Shown in pieces: positions 28,851 through 39,004 of a DNA stretch of 64,000 nt. A program made the position numbers and the translations under genes. Positions within the stretch are counted from its first letter, which is position 1; each line of letters starts with the position of its first letter. Source of the DNA: a virus; IMG/VR virus record IMGVR_UViG_3300025195_000002. The stretch is one strand, 5' to 3'. The notes below the pieces were generated by a model that searched no databases, was not told the origin of the DNA, and worked only from the letters and a program-made list of their open reading frames with translations.

Positions 28851-30929
28851 ATGTACCCCGGTAATTTACCCTTTGATCCTAATCAACCTAATCAGCAGGC
28901 CTTTATTCAAGGTCTGCCGTATTCGGTACCCGGTAGAAACCCCCCTAACGGTTTCCCAGCACAACTTGGTCCTGACGCGTTCAGGATGATGGATGGTTAT
29001 CTTCGCTATAACTTGCAAGAACAGGCAGGGCGTAATCCTCTGCGTATGTTTTTATTTAACCAGATGTCATCTAACTTCTATAACAATCAGTTTTATGAAG
29101 AGATGTTGATCAGTGCTGGAACTTTCTTAGAGCTAGTCATGGCTTCTGGCTCCTACAACACTGGAAATATGGAAGGTGTTGTTAAGATGGTAGCTGAGAA
29201 AATGACAAGCATTTATGCTTCCATTAATGCTACTCAATACCCACCACTCCAGCAGATGGTTCAAGATCCTAATATTGTTAACTCTGTTAACAACACCTTG
29301 AATGAATTTGAGCAAATTAAGCAGCAAATACTTAATTATCAAAGGAGTCAACAAGGTAATAATTGGGGTGGTAACCAGCAGCAAAACTGGCAAGGTGGCG
29401 GGTTTCAACAAAATTGGCAAGGTGGTGGTAATAGCTACGCTCCTCGTCAATCTACCTGGCAAGGTGGTAACAGTGGATACCAGCAACCTACTCAAACATC
29501 GACGGGTGGACGATCTATGTTTAGCGGCGGATACCAGCAACCTAACAAGTCTGTTGTTGATACCGGTAGACGAGGTGGAATGCATAATTTCCAAGAAGTT
29601 GATGTAGGTAAGTCTGAAAGTCATGATGTACCTAACACCACTCAATCAGATGGGTATGGTTTTAATCGTAACAAGTGGGACATGGCTGCACCAGAGACCA
29701 CGGAAGTTAAGACTAACGTTAAATTTGATAATGAACCAGTTACGTATGATGATCCGTTATACTATACTAGCATACCCGACCATCTAGCACTGGTAGCAAC
29801 ACTACCAGAAAACCTAGTACACAACCCTAACACGCACGAGCGTATATACCTTCCATCAAAGGAAGGACAGCTTGTCGAAGTCATTCAAGAAAAAGGTGAA
29901 TTCATGGACTATGAACAGCACGAATTAGATAATGCCCTTAAAACCCAAAACCTAGGTGCGCCTAGCCCGTCTCCACAAGGTGATGGTTGGGATAACTACC
30001 ATTACATCAATGCCAGCGCTACCATCTTAACGGATGAGAGTGAAGAGGACGAAGTAACCCCTGCAGTACAGCTCAATAATCTTATTGATGCACACTCCGA
30101 TCAGCAGGCTGAATTCTACCTTCGCCAGGCATTAATCAAGAAACGCCTTAAGGTGCCAGAAGATGCCATCTTAGAATTTCAGTATCGCCAGGTCAAACCT
30201 ATCGCCTATCGGGTAGATAGAGTAGGGGCTGACATGTTAGCAAAAGTTAGCAATGTCGCAGAGTTCATTGAAACTATGAACGACCTGGATATGCCTGAAC
30301 GTTTCTGTGGTCAGATTACTAAGCGTACTGTAACTATGATCAACGATGCGTTACTCTATTCAATGTCTATTGGGTGGACTATTGATGGTCTTGGTGATTA
30401 CCCTGATCTGTTGAAAGAAATTGCTGGTGAGTATGGTGAACATACTAAGCAACAGTTTGATAAGAAGATCAATGATTTGATACCACTGATGTTTTCAGCT
30501 ATTACTGCAACGGATGTCAGTAAGTATCTACAAGAAACCTATAACGCAGAACGTCTTAAAGACAACATCGTACAAGTTGCCGAAGACACTGAGCTGTCTG
30601 GGTTTGTAGAAAACATTGAAGATCCAGATGTTTTAGATCTAACGACTGAAGATTATGCTGTGGTTTTCCTAACTGACATCATCTCTATTACTCAGGTTCC
30701 TTGGAACTTAAAGTCAATGGAGCTAGGTCTGGATAAAGAAAAGCCAACGGCTGCTATCAAACAGTCTGTGAATCCGGTTGAGTTTAAAGTGATCCAAGAT
30801 CTCTTTGCTCGTACTAAAGACTTAAATGTACGTCATTACTTCATCGACACTATTGATGGATACCGCCTAAAGGTATTGCCAGGTTGGCTAAGTAAAGACT
30901 ATTATGCATTAGGCCTATGGCGCGAATAA
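28851..30929 (+). CDS. Conserved phiKZ-like protein with Q/N/G/W-rich low-complexity linker
   Basis: 692 aa; 'NPLRMFLFNQMSSN.YNN..Y' N-terminal domain; repeated (N/T)WQGG in the linker. Confidence 0.65.
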   Translation: MYPGNLPFDPNQPNQQAFIQGLPYSVPGRNPPNGFPAQLGPDAFRMMDGYLRYNLQEQAGRNPLRMFLFNQMSSNFYNNQFYEEMLISAGTFLELVMASGSYNTGNMEGVVKMVAEKMTSIYASINATQYPPLQQMVQDPNIVNSVNNTLNEFEQIKQQILNYQRSQQGNNWGGNQQQNWQGGGFQQNWQGGGNSYAPRQSTWQGGNSGYQQPTQTSTGGRSMFSGGYQQPNKSVVDTGRRGGMHNFQEVDVGKSESHDVPNTTQSDGYGFNRNKWDMAAPETTEVKTNVKFDNEPVTYDDPLYYTSIPDHLALVATLPENLVHNPNTHERIYLPSKEGQLVEVIQEKGEFMDYEQHELDNALKTQNLGAPSPSPQGDGWDNYHYINASATILTDESEEDEVTPAVQLNNLIDAHSDQQAEFYLRQALIKKRLKVPEDAILEFQYRQVKPIAYRVDRVGADMLAKVSNVAEFIETMNDLDMPERFCGQITKRTVTMINDALLYSMSIGWTIDGLGDYPDLLKEIAGEYGEHTKQQFDKKINDLIPLMFSAITATDVSKYLQETYNAERLKDNIVQVAEDTELSGFVENIEDPDVLDLTTEDYAVVFLTDIISITQVPWNLKSMELGLDKEKPTAAIKQSVNPVEFKVIQDLFARTKDLNVRHYFIDTIDGYRLKVLPGWLSKDYYALGLWRE

Positions 30930-30983
30930 GCGTCTAAGTCTTACCCATTTAAAGGGCGTCTGGTGTTAGGGCCAGACATTTTG

Positions 30984-31016
30984 GAGAGGGGGTTTTGCCC
31001 TCTCCTTTTTTTTTTG
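30984..31016 (+). terminator. Canonical intrinsic terminator
   Basis: GGAGAGGG...CCCTCTCC stem followed by a long T run. Confidence 0.8.
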
Positions 31017-31044
31017 TTTCGTTTTAAAATAATAAGGACTAATA

Positions 31045-31236
31045 ATGAAAAATTTAAAGATGGACTCAGCGTTAACGCTAGCTATCGCATCAAGCCTCAC
31101 GGCATCTTCACCTATGTCGCATGATAGAAGAGCAGGACGGGTAAGGATGGAAGATGAACAAAGTCGTAATAAGCGTATCCGTGACAGGAAAAAAGCTAAG
31201 GAAGCTAGAAAGTCTAGACGTCGTAACCGCAAGTAG
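31045..31236 (+). CDS. Small protein with Arg/Lys-rich C-terminus
   Basis: 63 aa with AAGGA RBS; ends RNKRIRDRKKAKEARKSRRRNRK. Confidence 0.55.
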   Translation: MKNLKMDSALTLAIASSLTASSPMSHDRRAGRVRMEDEQSRNKRIRDRKKAKEARKSRRRNRK

Positions 31237-31250
31237 TCTGTATGGGCCTG

Positions 31251-31308
31251 TATGCCGTTATAACGGCATATTGTAGGGTAACCTAGGTTACCCTACAAGT
31301 TATGCCTT
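31251..31308. repeat. Two abutting perfect palindromes at a convergent junction
   Basis: TATGCCGTTATAACGGCATA (20 bp), then TTGTAGGGTAACCTAGGTTACCCTACAA (28 bp), then TATGCCTT. Confidence 0.8.
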
Positions 31309-33985
31309 ATATTGAAGGTAGATCGTCTTCAGAGTCACTAGGCGGTGTCTCACCCCCTGCCACATCATCAAGATTGTCTTCTAGCGGTACATCATCTTCT
31401 GGTAAATCAGTATTCCCGCCATCACCACTATCTGAAGTCCCGTCACCTTCTTCAAGTTTAGACTTCAACTCATCAACTTCATCCTGAAGCTGTTGAATGA
31501 TTGCTTCTTTCTCATCGCTGGCTTTTGTTAACTCATCCTGATCAGCATCAAGGTTATCTTGCGCCTTGCGACCTTCTTTACGCATCATCCGTAAAAGCTT
31601 TTGCATAGGACCAAGAATACTCTTAGCATGATCTTTGTGGATGCCGACAATATCAAACGCTTCTGCGCTGCCTGAATCTAACATTCCCTCAAGTTCCGGC
31701 ATGATATTATTCTTACGTAACCATTGACGTTGGAAATAACTACGAAGTGCTGCGATAGTGCCATCAATCCCTTCTTCCAATCCAGAATCTAACATACCAT
31801 CAAACATTTCAGAATCAACATAAGCCGGTAGGGCTGCTTCAAGTAAGCTGTTAAACTCTTCAAACGATGCACCCTGGTTAGCCAGCTTGGCTGTATCTGG
31901 CGTAGGAAGATTTAAACGAACCGAGTCAATGATTTCAGTGATGATACTTTCAACGGTATCGACTGTACCATCGTCAGTGACATCGGTATCTCCTTTCGCT
32001 AGTTTCTTCTTGAGCGGCGACTCATCAATCAATTTTACAATCTGTGACATTAACACCGGTGAGTTATTAGTAAACTTACGAATAAACTCACTTAAATGAT
32101 CACAAAGTGTGTCTTGATAGATAATAACACGCTTGGCCAATAGCAAGTTTGACCCTACCACGTTTGTTGCAAACTCAACATCTAATGTTGAATCAACAAT
32201 CTCAGGAGCAATATGCATGGACATGAAGTGACGGTTACGCAGGCTTTCTTCAAGATCCGTATCAACCCTTACCATACTACGCTGACCATCTTCGACATTA
32301 GTCTTGGTAGTAGGATAAGCAGGGTGTCCTTCCACATTAATGTCTACTGATGATCGTTGCAGATAACCTGTAATATCTGAAGGATCAATAGTTCCTAACG
32401 GATAAGACAGTTGATGGTTCTTTGTGAAGTTATGCATGATCTTTTCAACAGTCGCTGATGGGTCTGGATCATCTTCATCAAGTGTGATATTAAGCTTAGT
32501 CCGATTATTGGAGTTCTTAATCCCCGCCATGGTATTGGCAAACATGGTCATTGCCCTTAGTGATGCAATGATTTTAGAACCTTCGATCAAGGAACGTCCT
32601 GTTCCATTATCATTATAATCAAATGCAACGTACGTCATTAACTCTGAGGGGATGAACAATACCTGAGTATGCATTTTAGATAATGCACGGGCTAGCATGA
32701 TACGTCCTACTTCACTTGGGCATGATAGTGTAGCGTTGTCTTTATAGATCCCTGCTTCTAAACGAGATACTAAATCACTTTCTACAAGGGACGTGTACGC
32801 AGCCACCAACTCAGATTCAGACTTCTCAGAAATATCCTCACGGTCACCATATATACCCTGTCGTACTTGTTCAATAAGTTCAGACGTACCCTGATTTTGT
32901 TTTTTCAATTTTTGTTTCAAATTAGAAAAATACTTTGCATCTTTAGAGCGCGTGATAGGATTACCGTTCTTATCAAGTAAGACATAATAACCAACATGAT
33001 TAGACGGATCAGATGGCACATGGACAGGAATAACCGATTCACTAGGTAACTTCATTACTAAAGGATGACCTACCGATTCTCGGTTTAACGTCTCACTAGT
33101 CTGAAGTTGTACCGCTGAACGCTGTGTATATACACGACGACGGTACGCTGACTTTAATACAGTTGGTTTATTTTCACCCTCTTTACCACGTGATGATTCA
33201 AGACCAGTATAGACACCAGCCACTCCATTACTTTCAAACGCATGGGCAACGGCATCTTGACGCGCTCTATCTAATAAAGAGGGCACCTTTAAAGCGTTGA
33301 AGTTATCAACAATAGTGGTGTACTTATTAAATTTGTCGTACGACTCCACCGACTGGGTCTTAGAGAAAATGTTTTCTAAGCCAAAGGAGGATTTATCTGA
33401 TTTATCGGAATTACCCAACAACCCTAGAGGTTTAACGGTGTGGTTATCTGATGAAAAGAAATCTTTAACTGATTCCATAGACACTTCATCATCGCCATTT
33501 ATTACCATATCCAGGCTATTTTCAGGAACAATAGCGATAGGGTAACTACCTGTCTTAAATAACGCATCTGACAATATAGTAGTGAGGCGTCGTCTTAATC
33601 CAAACTCATTGATAAAATAATCGCTGATAATCTTTATGACACCAGACGCTAATTCTGCTGCTTCACCTGATATATTAGAGGTGAAGTTAATCTCCGTTGA
33701 GATCATGTCTTTCGGTGACAGTATCGAGGATACTAAGACTTGCATTGCCATTTCAGTATCAGGCAATATTTCAAAGATGGCTCGTGCATCATTGATATTA
33801 GCCGCTATCTCATTAGAAATAGTCTCCATGACATTCTTAGAGGGTGCTTTGGTTTTATTCGGCACTTCTCCATCACCTGATCCAGGCTGAACTATCTTAT
33901 TTAAGATTGCTTTTACTTCTGGCGTAATTCCAGAATCGGCATCGTGCCTGGGATAGGCGTGTTTACGAATATTATCTGTGGCCAT
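31307..33985 (-). CDS. Portal protein (phiKZ gp129-like)
   Basis: 892 aa; 'IFEILPDTEMAMQVLVSSILSPKDM', 'GHPLVMKLPSESVIPVHVP.DP..HVGYYVLLD..GNP'; divergent from the baseplate-type genes as in phiKZ-like genomes. Confidence 0.8.
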   Translation of the reverse strand: MATDNIRKHAYPRHDADSGITPEVKAILNKIVQPGSGDGEVPNKTKAPSKNVMETISNEIAANINDARAIFEILPDTEMAMQVLVSSILSPKDMISTEINFTSNISGEAAELASGVIKIISDYFINEFGLRRRLTTILSDALFKTGSYPIAIVPENSLDMVINGDDEVSMESVKDFFSSDNHTVKPLGLLGNSDKSDKSSFGLENIFSKTQSVESYDKFNKYTTIVDNFNALKVPSLLDRARQDAVAHAFESNGVAGVYTGLESSRGKEGENKPTVLKSAYRRRVYTQRSAVQLQTSETLNRESVGHPLVMKLPSESVIPVHVPSDPSNHVGYYVLLDKNGNPITRSKDAKYFSNLKQKLKKQNQGTSELIEQVRQGIYGDREDISEKSESELVAAYTSLVESDLVSRLEAGIYKDNATLSCPSEVGRIMLARALSKMHTQVLFIPSELMTYVAFDYNDNGTGRSLIEGSKIIASLRAMTMFANTMAGIKNSNNRTKLNITLDEDDPDPSATVEKIMHNFTKNHQLSYPLGTIDPSDITGYLQRSSVDINVEGHPAYPTTKTNVEDGQRSMVRVDTDLEESLRNRHFMSMHIAPEIVDSTLDVEFATNVVGSNLLLAKRVIIYQDTLCDHLSEFIRKFTNNSPVLMSQIVKLIDESPLKKKLAKGDTDVTDDGTVDTVESIITEIIDSVRLNLPTPDTAKLANQGASFEEFNSLLEAALPAYVDSEMFDGMLDSGLEEGIDGTIAALRSYFQRQWLRKNNIMPELEGMLDSGSAEAFDIVGIHKDHAKSILGPMQKLLRMMRKEGRKAQDNLDADQDELTKASDEKEAIIQQLQDEVDELKSKLEEGDGTSDSGDGGNTDLPEDDVPLEDNLDDVAGGETPPSDSEDDLPSI

Positions 33986-34025
33986 GTTTATTTACCTATA
34001 ACTGTAATAAAGAGCGAAGTACATA

Positions 34026-36110
34026 ATGTCTGACTCTACCTACGATCTTTATCGACAAAGCTGTATTAATTTAGCCCGTTCGATCATCCTCAAGTCTAGC
34101 GAGACTGCCGCTGCAATTAATGCAGAATTAGAACTGCTTGGGGTAGAAGTCGATCAAACGAACCCTAGTACTTGGAAATACTATTTAAATTTAAGTGGAC
34201 AATATCATCCTTTCGATACTCCGATGACAGTAACATCACTGGATACGTTAGAGATCATAGCATTCACTCGAGAAAGTTTAGAGATACATCGATCTACTGC
34301 AAAGGCGTATACCTTTAATTCCGATGCATATATGTCGTTACTATCACGTTACCCAGAACAAGAAACACTCATCAGGGGTATAGTTAATCCTGTAGAGTTG
34401 GAACAATCTATTCCAGCGGATGATTGGGATATTCTTTTTTATAATGACGATCTAGTTGAAACTAATGAAGCGGATTTGATTACACGGATTCAACTTTGGA
34501 TCAAACGTCACATGTTGCGTTGGCATATCAGTGACTATACCATCAGTGACGATCTCTACCTTGCTGCCGCGCTCGGTGTTCTCTATAGCCATTTACCTAA
34601 CGCTATAATGAATATACGTTTAGATAACGCTAAGACCTATAAGGCTCACAGTTATCACGTGTGGACATACTTAGCAAGTAATGGTGGGTTAAGTGGTTAT
34701 CGGGAAAGTCTAACCACCGCACAAGCATTGTTTCTATATAGAAACATTCGGTACATTTACAAGAATTCGGGTAAAACCTCTACCTTTAGATTACTTATAC
34801 AGAATCTATTAACGGAACGTGGTTTACCACTTTACGCTTATGATTTACGTCACCGAACAGATAGCCTACCTGATTCGATTCAACCAGATATTGATGTAAT
34901 ACGCTATCCTCTAAATGACTCACTGGTAAGTGCTGATGCCATTCAAATCTATACTCCTGACGAATTAACTCAGCTGGTTGATATCTTTGCACCCGATAAC
35001 GGATTAAACGCATTAGAGTTAACAGCAGAATGGGTGCGTAAGATGCAGCGTTCTGGGCGGGACAGGGTATTAACGAAAGTAGTCGAATCAGTAGTTGAAA
35101 TCAACGATAGTTTTGAGGCGGTTAATTTAAACCAACTTCTTTTAGAACACTGGGCTTACCTCTCTAACATCGGCGTATACAGTGGTAACATCACTGTAGT
35201 TAACCCACATAGTGGTAATATCCTACAGATCTCAGCCGCCGACGCCTTTATCTTATATCTTTATTTGTATAATAAGACGTTGGGTGTAACATTAACAGAA
35301 ATCCCTACCTTCACTACCTTTCTAACCGTAGAGCCTGTGATGCAGAATTGGGATGAGTTTACCGAGGGTCTTGACCCAGACTATGTCGAACCTTATCACT
35401 CGATGTTTAGAAGTCTACCCACTACTTCAAACATCATTAATGCTGAGGGATTCTTCGAACATGTCAGCGAAGTCTATCATGTCATTGCCTCTATTCTTAC
35501 TGCTTCTAATCTAGCAAGTAAGTTAGAAGAAAAGGCAGCGTTACGTATACTGTTTAACAGATTGACACTTACTCGTAAATTGACATTGAACGAGATTGAA
35601 AGTTACGATCAATGGTTATTTATTAACGATATTGATGTTGAAGATATTAGTTTATCTGACGCGCAAGCTTTTATGGATATTATCGTTGAAACCGCCACCG
35701 GAAGTGACGCATCTACTGACACCACCGCCAAGTCTATTCAAGCAGCACTCGTTGCTATTTTGAATCAGCTTACCAGCTACGATATTAATGTAGTGCCAAC
35801 ACTGTTAGGTCAAAATGCTTTTAGTGTTGATACTAATCGATTTAGAATATCTGAACTGAGTATTTCAGGTATTCATGATGATGGTGACTACCACTCAACA
35901 CTTCGTATTAAAGACGCATATTCCCATACTGACATGGGTCGTATTGATGCTGCGCCAGCTGCCTTAAGGCTTGACGACACCACGCAATCGTATGCACAGT
36001 TTAACCTTAATCAATTAGACACCGCACACCTACACACCAGTGCTAGATCCTTAGGATCCATCCGCGTTGCCAATGTAGAAGTTGCTGTAAAGGAAATCAG
36101 ACATGACTAA
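34026..36110 (+). CDS. Virion structural protein, probable baseplate component
   Basis: 694 aa; 'WKYYLNLSGQYH..DTPM.V.SLDT', 'AHSYHVWTYLAS', 'LYRNIRYI..N.GK..TF..L...LLT.R.LPL'. Confidence 0.6.
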   Translation: MSDSTYDLYRQSCINLARSIILKSSETAAAINAELELLGVEVDQTNPSTWKYYLNLSGQYHPFDTPMTVTSLDTLEIIAFTRESLEIHRSTAKAYTFNSDAYMSLLSRYPEQETLIRGIVNPVELEQSIPADDWDILFYNDDLVETNEADLITRIQLWIKRHMLRWHISDYTISDDLYLAAALGVLYSHLPNAIMNIRLDNAKTYKAHSYHVWTYLASNGGLSGYRESLTTAQALFLYRNIRYIYKNSGKTSTFRLLIQNLLTERGLPLYAYDLRHRTDSLPDSIQPDIDVIRYPLNDSLVSADAIQIYTPDELTQLVDIFAPDNGLNALELTAEWVRKMQRSGRDRVLTKVVESVVEINDSFEAVNLNQLLLEHWAYLSNIGVYSGNITVVNPHSGNILQISAADAFILYLYLYNKTLGVTLTEIPTFTTFLTVEPVMQNWDEFTEGLDPDYVEPYHSMFRSLPTTSNIINAEGFFEHVSEVYHVIASILTASNLASKLEEKAALRILFNRLTLTRKLTLNEIESYDQWLFINDIDVEDISLSDAQAFMDIIVETATGSDASTDTTAKSIQAALVAILNQLTSYDINVVPTLLGQNAFSVDTNRFRISELSISGIHDDGDYHSTLRIKDAYSHTDMGRIDAAPAALRLDDTTQSYAQFNLNQLDTAHLHTSARSLGSIRVANVEVAVKEIRHD

Positions 36111-36936
36111 TGTAACTCGTACCATTTATGCCAGTGCCCTTCAGTCGGCTCAAGTACTTGGTATTCCCTATGACATCGTAGATAACACGACACTTAATGA
36201 GAAGTTTGGTATCCTTGACGGTACTCACCCTACCGAGGGTTATCCAACCATGCAGTACCTTGCTATCGGTCGGGGCGGTCACCGCAACGCTAGCGGTGCT
36301 GACGGCGCATCCTTAACACGTCTAAATACCCACAGGGCATCGGATGCGGCATTGTTCCGCCATCTACCCTTTGTTTTACGTGAGGTTGATAATGACTTAA
36401 CGGCTATCGAAAGAGCAAACTACGCCCTTCGCCGTGAAGAGACCATCGATGGTGTTACGTATGTTGCGTATTATCTCATGCGCATTAACAACGCTAATGT
36501 CGATATCGACTATAACCGGGTTATTGTTAGCGACGGTGATCAGTCTACCGTTCCGTACACACCTTCGTCAAGTGACCTTAACCCTACACCTATTGAAGCA
36601 TCGTCGACCGGAATCAATGTATCAGATGGTGAATATCTGACAGCATCAGCTGGTATTACTCTTAACTTCACCGCTAACATTATTAATGAGATCGTTAATG
36701 CTGCTAAGATCATTTACGGCGAAGAAGAATATGCAACGCTTTCAGAAATAGCGCTGGTAACCGGTCAAGATTATACTCACAGTGCTGTTAATGATGAAGG
36801 CGGGTCGTTTACTTACTCTGAAGTCATCGCAGCGCAAGTTAACACCCACATTACTCTACACCAGCAGTTATGGTTGTTGAACAACAGCCTGACCCTTGAA
36901 TTTAATTTAGGTGGTACAGAGTCACTAGCCATTTAA
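36103..36936 (+). CDS. Virion structural protein
   Basis: 277 aa; 'NTTLNEKF', 'YLAIGRGGH', 'H...DAALF..LPFVLR..DNDL....R..YALR' phiKZ-family motifs. Confidence 0.65.
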   Translation: MTNVTRTIYASALQSAQVLGIPYDIVDNTTLNEKFGILDGTHPTEGYPTMQYLAIGRGGHRNASGADGASLTRLNTHRASDAALFRHLPFVLREVDNDLTAIERANYALRREETIDGVTYVAYYLMRINNANVDIDYNRVIVSDGDQSTVPYTPSSSDLNPTPIEASSTGINVSDGEYLTASAGITLNFTANIINEIVNAAKIIYGEEEYATLSEIALVTGQDYTHSAVNDEGGSFTYSEVIAAQVNTHITLHQQLWLLNNSLTLEFNLGGTESLAI

Positions 36937-36947
36937 GGATTAACGCG

Positions 36948-37241
36948 GTGGATGCGAACAAACACATTAGAGATAACCATGGTTTTACATTGAGTTATAG
37001 CTGCGAGACCGAAGGGTGCAATGGCGAGGTTGTTACTAACACTATAACTGAATCCGTTAGAGAGCATCTTTACGGGGAACGTTCCTGGCCTTGCCATTGT
37101 GTTTCGTGTGGGACCCTTTATGTTTCAAATCTACCGCTACCCTTAACTAGAAGTGGCTATCGTTCGCTTGTTGAATTTGAAAAGATTAAACACGTCGCTC
37201 ACTCCAGTCTCGTGGTTATTAAAATGAACACTGAAAGATAA
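36948..37241 (+). CDS. Small Cys-containing hypothetical protein
   Basis: CETEGC and CHCVSC; possible Zn ribbon; GTG start. Confidence 0.4.
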   Translation: MDANKHIRDNHGFTLSYSCETEGCNGEVVTNTITESVREHLYGERSWPCHCVSCGTLYVSNLPLPLTRSGYRSLVEFEKIKHVAHSSLVVIKMNTER

Positions 37242-37250
37242 GGGCTTAGT

Positions 37251-37826
37251 ATGTTCGGGATAAACACATACCGAATCATTGGTATTGACCCTAGTGTAGA
37301 CAATATGGGTGTCGGTATCTTAGATATAGATATTGATACTTATAGGGTTGTGGTCGTTGAATCATACACCGTCCATGGTAAAGATCATGTTAAGAGGTAT
37401 CCACACATCGCCAAGTATCACGGCGAACGGGTCGCTAAACTTCATGGTCATGGTGAACATTTTATCAAAGTATTTGATCAGTGGGACCCCAACGCGGTGG
37501 CTATCGAGACCCCATTTATGGGGCGTTTTCCAGCAGCCTATGGGGCGTTAAAAGAATGTGTGTGCACTGTCACTAACGCATTGATCAGTCACGACTTTAC
37601 AATGCCGTTAAATGGAATTGATCCTAAGAGTGTTAAAAATGCAATTGGGGTTTCTGCGGGAAGTAAAGATAAGAACGACATGCAGGCCGCATTGAGTCTA
37701 CATAAAGGGATTGAATGGGGAAATGGATTAAATGCGGGGATGCTCGATGAGCATAGTGTTGATGCAATAGCGGTCGCGTACTGGCTATATAGTCATCAAT
37801 TCAATCCTTATATTAAAAACAGGTAA
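37251..37826 (+). CDS. ruvC: RuvC-like Holliday junction resolvase
   Basis: IIGIDPS, AIETPF, K..KNA, DEHSVDAIAV: RNase H-fold acidic residues present. Confidence 0.85.
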   Translation: MFGINTYRIIGIDPSVDNMGVGILDIDIDTYRVVVVESYTVHGKDHVKRYPHIAKYHGERVAKLHGHGEHFIKVFDQWDPNAVAIETPFMGRFPAAYGALKECVCTVTNALISHDFTMPLNGIDPKSVKNAIGVSAGSKDKNDMQAALSLHKGIEWGNGLNAGMLDEHSVDAIAVAYWLYSHQFNPYIKNR

Positions 37827-37831
37827 CTGTT

Positions 37832-38233
37832 ATGAAAACTTTTTTCTTGGTATCACCTAGAAATATAGGTCATGAAACGTTAAATGAAATATTAGATATA
37901 CTTCAAAAACGTATAGACCCTCTAGCAACATTATCACATGTGTCACGAGAATTAAGTTGTTCAAACACGACACCTATTTTAATGTCAAGAAGTAACCCTG
38001 ATGGTATACCGCTTGAAGATATTATTGATCAGATTATCAGTGACATGAAAGAAAAGCGAGACTATATCGACAATGATCGTAGTCTAGCATCCCAGACTAT
38101 TAAAAATAACAATCGAGATATTGTTGATTTACTACTACGTATTAAAAGAATCAATGAAGAAACTCGTAATTTGTTAGAAGCCATTGAACCTGATCCAGGG
38201 CCTAGTGGAAAACCACGCGTAGGTAAATATTAA
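37832..38233 (+). CDS. Conserved hypothetical protein
   Basis: 'SRSNPDGIPLEDII' and C-terminal 'PDPGPSGKPRVG' motifs. Confidence 0.55.
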   Translation: MKTFFLVSPRNIGHETLNEILDILQKRIDPLATLSHVSRELSCSNTTPILMSRSNPDGIPLEDIIDQIISDMKEKRDYIDNDRSLASQTIKNNNRDIVDLLLRIKRINEETRNLLEAIEPDPGPSGKPRVGKY

Positions 38234-38238
38234 TTGAG

Positions 38239-38267
38239 GCCGGGGTATATCCTCGGCTTTATGCCGT
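38239..38267 (+). terminator. Hairpin + TATGCCGT element
   Basis: GCCGGGG-TATAT-CCTCGGC, then TT, then TATGCCGT (38260). Confidence 0.7.
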
Positions 38268-38312
38268 GTTAGAAATAACGATGCGTATAAACACTATAGA
38301 GGTATAAAAAAC

Positions 38313-38678
38313 ATGCAATGCTATACGTACCAAATTGGAAAGATAGAAGCGATTGAAGGAGTTGAGGATATCAACATTATTAACGCTTCGGTTAAAAGCG
38401 GCCACCGCTGGTTAGCTCCCACATGGGCCCTATTAATGGCATATAAAAAAGGTGAAATAACAGAAGCTGAGTATACTGAAAAGTTTCAGAGCCTTATGAG
38501 GTTACGGTATCGTCGCTATAAGAATCTGTTTGAGGCGATGGCTAAGCGAGAGAATGTGGCGTTTGGTTGTTATTGTAAAAAAGGTGAATTTTGCCACCGT
38601 CATCTTCTAGTGGATATGTTTGAGCGTATATGTAGTAATTACGATATACCGTTTCACTACAATGGAGAATTAGAATGA
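38313..38678 (+). CDS. DUF488-like protein
   Basis: 'LAPTW.LL..YK.G.I.E.EY...F' and 'CYCKKGEFCHRHLL' match the DUF488 LAP...C.C....CHR signature. Confidence 0.7.
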   Translation: MQCYTYQIGKIEAIEGVEDINIINASVKSGHRWLAPTWALLMAYKKGEITEAEYTEKFQSLMRLRYRRYKNLFEAMAKRENVAFGCYCKKGEFCHRHLLVDMFERICSNYDIPFHYNGELE

Positions 38679-38992
38679 GTAGATATGTGCCCTGTGAAAT
38701 GAATGACCTTCATGTAGACACATTCAATACTGTAGTGCGTGCAACTGATGATGTGCTAATTAAATTAGAAAAGGCCCAACAACGACACGGCTTGACGCGA
38801 GGATGGCGCTTCCCACCAGAAAGTAAGGATCCAGGTGATGGACGGTTCTTTAACACAGCTGAGGAATGTGTAGTGGCGTTACGTGAGCATTTAAAGAAAG
38901 GTGACATCACTGACTGTATTGCTTATCTCATGTTCTTAAAAGAATTAGAAGGTAGTAACATTTCTCAATCTTTAATCGATCAATTTACATAA
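38675..38992 (+). CDS. Putative all-alpha NTP-pyrophosphatase-like protein
   Basis: 'KLEKAQ.RHG..RGW' and 'LREHLKKGD..DCIAYLMFL' resemble the recurrent phage 'KL.KAR.KGR.GW...L.EHV.KGD..DVANF' family. Confidence 0.4.
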   Translation: MSRYVPCEMNDLHVDTFNTVVRATDDVLIKLEKAQQRHGLTRGWRFPPESKDPGDGRFFNTAEECVVALREHLKKGDITDCIAYLMFLKELEGSNISQSLIDQFT

Positions 38993-39004
38993 TTTAAAAA
39001 GGAT

